A stretch of DNA of 64,000 bases. Source: Eledone cirrhosa (taxonomy: Eukaryota). Numbering within the stretch: position 1 is the first letter of the stretch; each line of letters begins with the position of its first letter. The stretch lies in contig OZ024749.1 of assembly GCA_964016885.1 (NCBI GenBank), forward strand, positions 7,874,001 through 7,938,000, given 5' to 3'. This document shows positions 56,045 through 64,000 of the stretch, piece after piece. Below the pieces are notes generated by a model. It did no database searches and was not told the origin of the DNA. It saw only the letters and a list, made by a program, of their open reading frames with translations. The translations under genes were made by a program, and so were the position numbers.

Positions 56045-58320
56045 ATTATTTATAACAGAGATATAACCTAAATGTGATGATTGAAAAGTAAAGTACACCT
56101 TAGCGTGTTTCGAAACCAGAACTAGAGTTGATACGGCTTCACTTGACAGGATCTTCCTTAGTATATGGGCAGTTCCCATTAGTACTATCTTTTGTATTTC
56201 TCCTATACGCGGGTTTCCTGGGATTTGCGATAAGTAGTCGTTAGACCCCTTAGGTATCATTCCCAGAGCGCCTACAACCACTGGTATTGTTTTAGTTCTC
56301 AATTTCCACATTTTTCCAATTTCTATCTCCAGGTCCTTATACTTGCTCAATTTTTCAAATGTTTTTATAGATACATTCTTGTCTATTGGAACAGACATAT
56401 CAATTAGCAGGCATACCCTCCTTTGAAAGTCCTTCGATATTATATCAGGTCTATTTGCATCTATTTTTCGGTCTGTTTGGATGCTAAAGTTCCACAAGAT
56501 TGAGATGTGATCTTTTTCAAGTATGGGAGGTGGTTGATGCTCCCACCAATTCTTTTGATGGGGCAGGTCAAAATGCTTGCACATTATCCAATGTATGTAT
56601 TGTGCAGCTCTGTCATGCCTGTTTAGGTATTCGGTTGGAGCTATAGGACTGCACATTGAAATTATATGGTCAATGGTCTCTGGTTGTTTTTTGCATACAC
56701 GGCATAATGGGCTGCACCCATTTTTTATTATGTTGGCTTGGTAATTTTTTGTTGGCAGACACTGATCTTGTGCGGATATAATCAGTCCTTCAGTCTCCGA
56801 TTTCAGTCCAGAGGATGCCAACCACTGATGGGTTAAAGTTTTGTCAACATCAGGATTGTTAGCTCGCTCTGGGTATTTTCCATACAGAGGCTTTTCTTGC
56901 CATTTCTTAGCCAGTTTCTGTAGCAGTTCTTTCTTTGCAGTTACTTTTACCTGCTTTGCTTTTTCTGTGTTTTCCATTTCAGCAGTAAATGGGACTTCTG
57001 AAATTTGTAGTCCATTACTGTATCTTTGTGCATCTTTTGTAATGGAATATGATCTTTTGGTGCTTTCGTGTTTCAAAACGAGTTTGATCATCCAATCATG
57101 TGATTCCCTTAGATATGTGGATAATCCAATTGTTGCAGTTTTCAACGCAATGTCTAACTGGATTAACCCACGTCCTCCTTCTTTCCTAGGGAGATATATT
57201 CTATCTATGTCTGCCTTAGGGTGATGCATTCTGTGCATGGTTAAGAATTTTCGGATTTTTGTATCGAGCCTACGGATCTCTGTGCTTGACCAGTTGATGA
57301 CATTGTAACTGTAGGTTACTACTGGTATGGCAAGCGTGTTTATGGCATCGATCCTATTCCTTGCATTCAATTCCGTTCTTAAGATTGCTCTGACTCTGCG
57401 GTAACATTCCTTCCTTATCCTTTCCCTCATTGTCGAGTGCTTGATTCCGTCTCCTTCACAAACACCTAGATATTTGTAAGTTTGTTCTTGATCAAGCTCT
57501 CTTATCACGTTCCCCCGATCAAGATTAATGTCTGAACTCTTCAGCAGCTTTCCTCTGGTGAACGTTGCTTTGGCGCATTTATCCAGTCCAAACTCCATTT
57601 TAATGTCATCACTGAACTGCTTCACAGTGGATAATAGCCCTTGCAATTGTTCAACATTTTTTGCAAGTAGTTTCAGGTCATTCATGTAGAACAGGTGATT
57701 AATGGTTTTGTCATAGACTCTATATCCATGTTTTGTTTCATTGAGCATTTTACTTAATGGTATAAGTGCGATGCAGAATAAAAGCGGTGATAAAGAGTCA
57801 CCCTGAAAATTCCACAATTAATGTTAACTTCTCCAGCTTCCAGTGATTTTGTTTCACTATTCAAAAGGAGTGTCGTTCTCCATGTCCTCATACTGAATGA
57901 CAAAAACCTCCTGATAACGGGGGATATTTTGAAAATCTCTAAACATTTTTCAATCCAACTGTGTGGCAAACTATCAAATGCTTTTTTATAATCTATCCAA
58001 GCAATCGATAGATTTTTGTGTCTATTATGACAATCTTCCAGTATCATTTTGTTAACCAGAAGCTGATCCTTACAGCCATATGAGCCTCGTTTACACCCTT
58101 TCTGCTCAATGGGAAATAGGTCATTTGTTATCAGGTGGTCATATGTGTATTCAGTTAGGACTGATGTTAAAATTTTATACATTGTGGTCAAGCAGGTTAT
58201 CGGTCTGTAATTTTTGGGATTGTTTGTCTCATCATTCTTCGGTAGCAGGAATGTAATGCCGTTAACTAGCCATGATGGTATCTTTTCTGGCTCCTTAACT
58301 ATTTCATTGTAAAGTTGAAA
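56045..58320 (-). pseudogene. 5'-truncated R4/Dong-like retrotransposon, well preserved
   Basis: NYRPITCL, WIDYKKAFDSLPHSW (57754-58191); frameshift in GIFQGDSLSP; FYMND in place of YMDD; RIYLPRKEGGRGL; CRVC..ETIDHIISMC; RHD; NRPDI..LIDMSVP..KLSKY; PVVVGALG. Confidence 0.92.
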
Positions 58321-58468
58321 AGTTTGTTGAAATGAATATCAAGCCACTACCTGCAGCCTCAGATATTCAGGACGTATCGGAGGGTTCTTGCTGTTCCCAG
58401 CAAGCATGCCTTTTGAAGCGTTCCAAAAAGCGTGAAGGGGCCAATTTTCTTTAACCATCCCTGAAAAC
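58321..58468 (-). pseudogene. R4/Dong-like 3' end fragment of the 35830-36407 family
   Basis: Near-identical to 36210-36357 (KACLLGTARTLRYVLNI* plus 3' UTR). Confidence 0.85.
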
Positions 58469-58469
58469 T

Positions 58470-58696
58470 TTTTTCTTTTTTTTTTCTTCTTCTTCTTTTT
58501 CTCTTTCTTCTTCTTCTCTTTCTTCTTCTTCTTCTTTTTCTCTTTCTTCTTTTCTCTTTCTTCTTTTTCTCCTTCTTCTTCTTCTTTTTTTTCTCTTTCT
58601 TCTTCTTCTTCTTCTTCTTCTTCTTCTTCTTCTTCTTCTTCTTCTTCTTCTTCTTCTTCTTCTTCTTCTTCTTCTTCTTCTTCTTCTTCTTCTTCA
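58470..58696 (+). repeat. (CTT)n microsatellite
   Basis: Direct inspection. Confidence 0.95.
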
Positions 58697-58809
58697 TCGC
58701 CCACTTATTCCTGAGATGGTCTTGGGGACAGAGTCCTCAAATACTCCCTCCCTCCAGTGGGTCCTGTCAGAAGAGAAGCAACCACCTCGAATTGATCCCC
58801 AAGCGTGAC

Positions 58810-59030
58810 CAGCCAAGCTCATCATGAAACAGCGCCACCGGTGCTCAAGGCATATAGTAAGCCTAAATGACAGCAGAATCTCTAAACAAGTTTTTGTATG
58901 GCGAACTGTTGCAAGTCAAATGCTTACAGGGCAAACCACACAAGGACTTCAAAGACTTCCTGAAAGATACCTTGAAGAAAGGCAACACCAACACTGAAAC
59001 ATGTGAAGATCTTATAACAGACAGAGCCTA
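58810..59030 (+). pseudogene. RTE-like 3' remnant
   Basis: HIVSLNDSRISKQV/LYGEL..QGKPHKDFKD..KDTLK with frameshifts. Confidence 0.55.
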
Positions 59031-59241
59031 GTGTTGAAATGTCATTGTTACCATTGAGGAATATGAAAAGAAACAGAGTCCTATGCTGAAGTGAAGCACG
59101 TAGCTAAACATATGCGGGATGTTAGTCCGCTCCCAGAACCAGGTTTGAAAGAAAGTTTGGGGAATGCGGATGTGTAGGCATGTCAAGGGCTGAGCTACGA
59201 AGCCATAGCAGATGTTATACGCATGGATATAACCATATACG

Positions 59242-59510
59242 AGAGGATTAGGCTTACAATCGAAAGATTGTGAGTTCAATTCTCGGACCGGGTGATGTGT
59301 TGTTTCCTTGAGCAAACACTTTATTTCACGTTGCTCCAGTTTACTCAGCTGAAAATGAGTACCAGCAATAGCTGGAGGTTTAACCCTGCGATGGACTGGC
59401 GTCCTGTCCAGGGGGGAGTCTTGTACTCTCATTCGCTTCACGCCATAAAACCGGAATAAGCACCGGCCAAATGAGCCTTCTGGGTTAAGACAGACTTTAG
59501 ACTTTTAGAT
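59242..59510 (+). mobile_element. SINE2-related element with V-SINE-like central domain
   Basis: ccttgagcaaacacttt and ccctgcgatggactggcgtcctgtccagggg. Confidence 0.75.
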
Positions 59511-60797
59511 AACGATATACACCTTAATTTTACATGTGACCTCTACACCAAAATATGTCACTCTGCAAGTGGATTAACACAGCGCCATAAACCGTGTCAT
59601 GACAACCAGAATCAAACGGGTTGGAAACTTAACTGCACTGTAACTTAACGAGACTGTAAGTTACTTCCTGGTTTCATGAGACATCTAAGGCGGCATCAGC
59701 GAATGCAACATTGGGAACAAGATTTTGGAGTGGCCGAGTAGGTTTTCCACTATGTATGTATGTATTATGTTGGGTCACTCTTGAGTGCTACTGGTAACAT
59801 GTAACCCAGTACAACCTGTCGCGTGGTCGGGTCATTGGCGACTAAACCGGCAACCCCACCATGTTTACTTGGTAAGGATGGTGATTTTCGACGCCCTGCA
59901 GGACAAAAAACAAAACCTGACAAAGGCCCAACGGCCCTCCAATAATGTGTAAATATATATATATACATGTATGCATGTGTATATATGTATATATGTATAT
60001 GCATGTGTGCATATGAATGTATATGCGCGGGAACATAGAAATAATCGGGTTGGATACACGATCACGCGGTTAAACCACTGGGAGTGAAGGACCCCTAGCC
60101 TTTGTCAGGGCATTCTTCTAGGAGAAGGCAACTCAGGAAACTGGGATAACTCCGACATAAAACCTGCGGCTCAGTAGTTACCGATGATGTTGATCTTTTC
60201 TTCTTTCCGGGTCATAGCTACTGTCGCTCAGAGAGTGGGATTGGCTCAGTGCACAGTCTTTCCTCACTTTAAAAAATATCTTCACGCACAGGCATTGCAC
60301 GATAGAATTAATTAATAATTATTAATAATGGTATATTGTGCAATGGCCATACTCGATAACGAGGGGGCAGCCACCATCTTGGATGTATGTGTGTGTATAC
60401 GTGTGTGAATTTTTACAAGGGGTTTCTGCAATTTCCGTCATCACTGTTCCACTCAGAAGGAATTGTTTAACTTGAGGCTGTTGCAGAAGGCAGTAGTTTG
60501 ATATATAATGCAGTAGAAATGAACATAGAAACAAGATGGCTACCGAGCGAAATACTTAATGATACAGCCATGCTTGTGAAAAAAGAAATATTTTGATCAG
60601 CAGATCTTATTGGAGATATCAATCTACTTCGTTACATTTAGATTCTAAATATCCCCAGAGGGAGTTTTTATCTAGTTATTGCCTGGATAATGTCAGCTAC
60701 TCGAAGCTTTTAACTTCCCTATATTACATATGTGTGATTTTACGGTACATATAGTTATCTTCCTGCCCCCTCTAACTCCTACTTTTTCTCATACGAT

Positions 60798-60852
<55 letters not shown>

Positions 60853-61065
60853 CCCTCTCTCTCTCTTTCTCTCTCCCCTCTCTCCTCTCTCTCTCTCTCT
60901 CTCTTTCACTGTCTTTCTCTCTCTCTTGACACATTCACTGATGCTATTTATCTTCCTTTAAATTTCACTCTCCCCCACTTTCTATACATGGTTACATACA
61001 TACATACACACATATATACATACGTACATACACGCATACATACATATATATACACACACATATAC

Positions 61066-61194
<129 letters not shown>

Positions 61195-61352
61195 ATGCAG
61201 GTGTGAGAGAGGCGGGGAATTACGTGTGTATGTACGATTGTTTATACTTTTCTAACTCGCATTATCACTAGATCCTTTCTCCTCCCTATGTATATAATCA
61301 CCCACATACACACATATACACTTATATACACACACACCCGTATATATATGTA

Positions 61353-61426
<74 letters not shown>

Positions 61427-61482
61427 TGTATATATATATATATATATATAGATGTATATATATATATATAAATATATAGATG

Positions 61483-61515
<33 letters not shown>

Positions 61516-62004
61516 ACATATATTCTACGCTTATATACATAAGCATAGGAAGCCATGATAATTCCTTTGATAAACATAACAAAAACGGAATAGATGATAA
61601 TAGTCAATCTGAGAATTTGAATAAATCTTCGTTTTATGCCGGAGAACTAAGTGATTTTATAGATACTCTTTTACGTAGAGTAGATTTAAAGTATTTCCAA
61701 TTACAAAATCTAACTATAAAACCAAAGCACTTTAAACAAATTTTATTAGCTTATACTGATGTGCAGTTTTTCAGCTAAGCGACAATGACATGTAGGCCAG
61801 ATTAAATTTCTGATTAGTAAACTATAATAGTAGGGGTATCCTCTGTAGACTGAAATTAGAAAATACGTTAATGGGTCTATATGGAACAGAGCAGCCATAA
61901 TGTGATGTGACTGCATTGTCTTAGAAAATAAGGGTTGATGAAACGAAAATTAATCTGTACATATGTGGCTTTTCCAATTATGGGAAGAAGTAAAATAGAA
62001 AGAT

Positions 62005-62048
<44 letters not shown>

Positions 62049-62166
62049 TAGATATATAGATATATAGAGAGAGATAGAGAGAGTGAGTGAGTGCCTGATC
62101 GATAGAGAGAGTGCGATGTAGGTAGATAGATGAATAGATAGGAATACATACATATATATATATGTG

Positions 62167-62231
<65 letters not shown>

Positions 62232-62268
62232 ATATAGAAATGGGCTCTACGGGACTAGAACATACACG

Positions 62269-62364
<96 letters not shown>

Positions 62365-63551
62365 TATAGCTAATCTATCTCTGGTGAGATTTTATTTTAA
62401 GTGGTAGAATACCTGCGACAATTAATTAATTTTATACATTGAAAATAATTAGAACATGACAAAAAACAACATTCTTGAAATCCCATACCTTTATAAAAAT
62501 CAACGGAGACGACCCAGACAGATTACAGATCCACCTTCGCCCCGCTTATTCGAATTTACCCGCTTATTATCCCCCCCCCCCCTATTATTTGGGACCCGAG
62601 ATTATATATTACAGACGTGTCTGGCTATATTTAATAAACAGCAGCACTAATGTAGCATTGTACAGGGTAGAGCCGCATGAGGAATATATGTTTTTCAATA
62701 TCTTAAAGGCACCACCAGTTATAGCAAGTGGAGAAGTCTCCCCGTTGAACATCATTTCAATATTAATACTGAGGCTGAAATAGAGGCCCCGGGTTGGTGA
62801 CTTTCAATATTCAGACGACATCAGCCTCCAGGAGAATGTATTTGAAAGCAGCCCAAAACAACTTGAGACCTTAGGCCTCTATAGCTAAACATGTATGTCT
62901 GTTAATTAACTTGACACTCTGGCCTCTACAGTTAAAGATGTATGTCTGTTAATTAACATAGATAAAACAATCCGGTATATTGCCACAGAACCTTAAATCG
63001 GTGAAGGACACAGTCACCATGCTTCTTAGAAACTTGGATCAGCTAATATTGTGCCCAAATCCTCAATGGATGTAGTAAGAGAGACATAGCATTTATACAT
63101 AGAATGCAGCTAATATCAACAAATGTCCCCTTTTGTTTAAAACGATTGCAATTCTCAGTGAGAGTCGGTCAATTGTATGAAGGTTATTCCAGACTAGAAA
63201 CCTCACACAAATTCTTCATATATGCTAAAATTAAAAAAGTTAACAACATTGTACACACTGAAGATCTGTAAATGTTTTATAATTTTTGTAGAATACATTT
63301 TTCTACTATTTTCTTTATTATATGTGACCTTCTTTTCCGGAAATGGAGTGAGGTGGAGGGCTGGGGAAAATATTTTTCCGGCCTCGGAGATTTCTTCAGT
63401 GCGAATAACAGAGGCAGGAAGGGAGAGGGACACTCGGAATTACAGATAACCATCTCTCAGTCGTTTACATATATATAAAAGCAATCCTTTGATACTGAAA
63501 GATGTTTTTATCCTTTGTCATTTTGTACTGTTGTGGAAAGCGTTTGTAAGC

Positions 63552-63697
63552 TTAATTAATTAAGTGTTCCCCAATTTCCAAATCCACAATTTCAACTAAG
63601 AGTGGCTGTGTTAAAGAACAATCCTGGCCTTCCAAAACATCAAAGTGAATTCCATCAACAAAATCTATCACACGTGGTCCCTGGGGTGTAACCAGAC
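63552..63697 (-). CDS. Possible terminal coding exon of an unidentified gene
   Basis: Acceptor-like tttatag|G at 63697; open frame LVTPQGPRVIDFVDGIHFDVLEGQDCSLTQPLLVEIVDLEIGEHLIN* in non-repetitive DNA. Confidence 0.35.
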
Positions 63698-63944
63698 CTA
63701 TAAACATATCAATGCTAAAATCATTATATATACTGAAGTTCTCTAAATGTTTTATAATTTTCGTAGGAAACATTTTTCTATTCTTTAGATTTTCTAAATA
63801 ATTCTTTTAAAATTATGTTTTGCAATATTTATATACATTTTAACTTCTTTTATTCTAAGGAAAATGGACATTACGACAGATGACTCTAGGTGCGTTATGA
63901 ATAGATTTGCGCACAGTACATATCGGAGTAAAGCTGGTAGGTCG

Positions 63945-64000
<56 letters not shown>

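Overview
AT-rich, repeat-dominated animal DNA. The SINE sequences look like those of octopus-type cephalopods (inference from recognition, not a database hit). I see no intact host gene; one possible terminal exon lies near 63.6 kb. Most predicted ORFs are microsatellite translations. The window holds decayed non-LTR retrotransposons (three R4/Dong-like RLE families, one near full-length L1/Tx1-like element plus a fragment, several RTE-like 3' remnants), about 20 tRNA-derived SINE copies, one non-autonomous Helitron, two long purine-rich minisatellites and very long (TA)n fields. The most notable signal is a set of at least ten mutually unrelated short non-coding element families. They sit in (TA)n tracts, usually form fold-back palindromes (arms from about 15 bp to 1002 bp), and share a TTGAGT(A/G)CTT-like motif about 40-70 nt from the TA-abutting end. 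Several carry minimal type I hammerhead ribozyme motifs, best at 19110-19175, 22112-22148 and 7038-7073. This fits a TA-targeting Penelope-like/retrozyme-type system (inference). The main SINE also shares its 3' tail with the L1/Tx1-like LINE, and its target-site duplications begin with ATTA.
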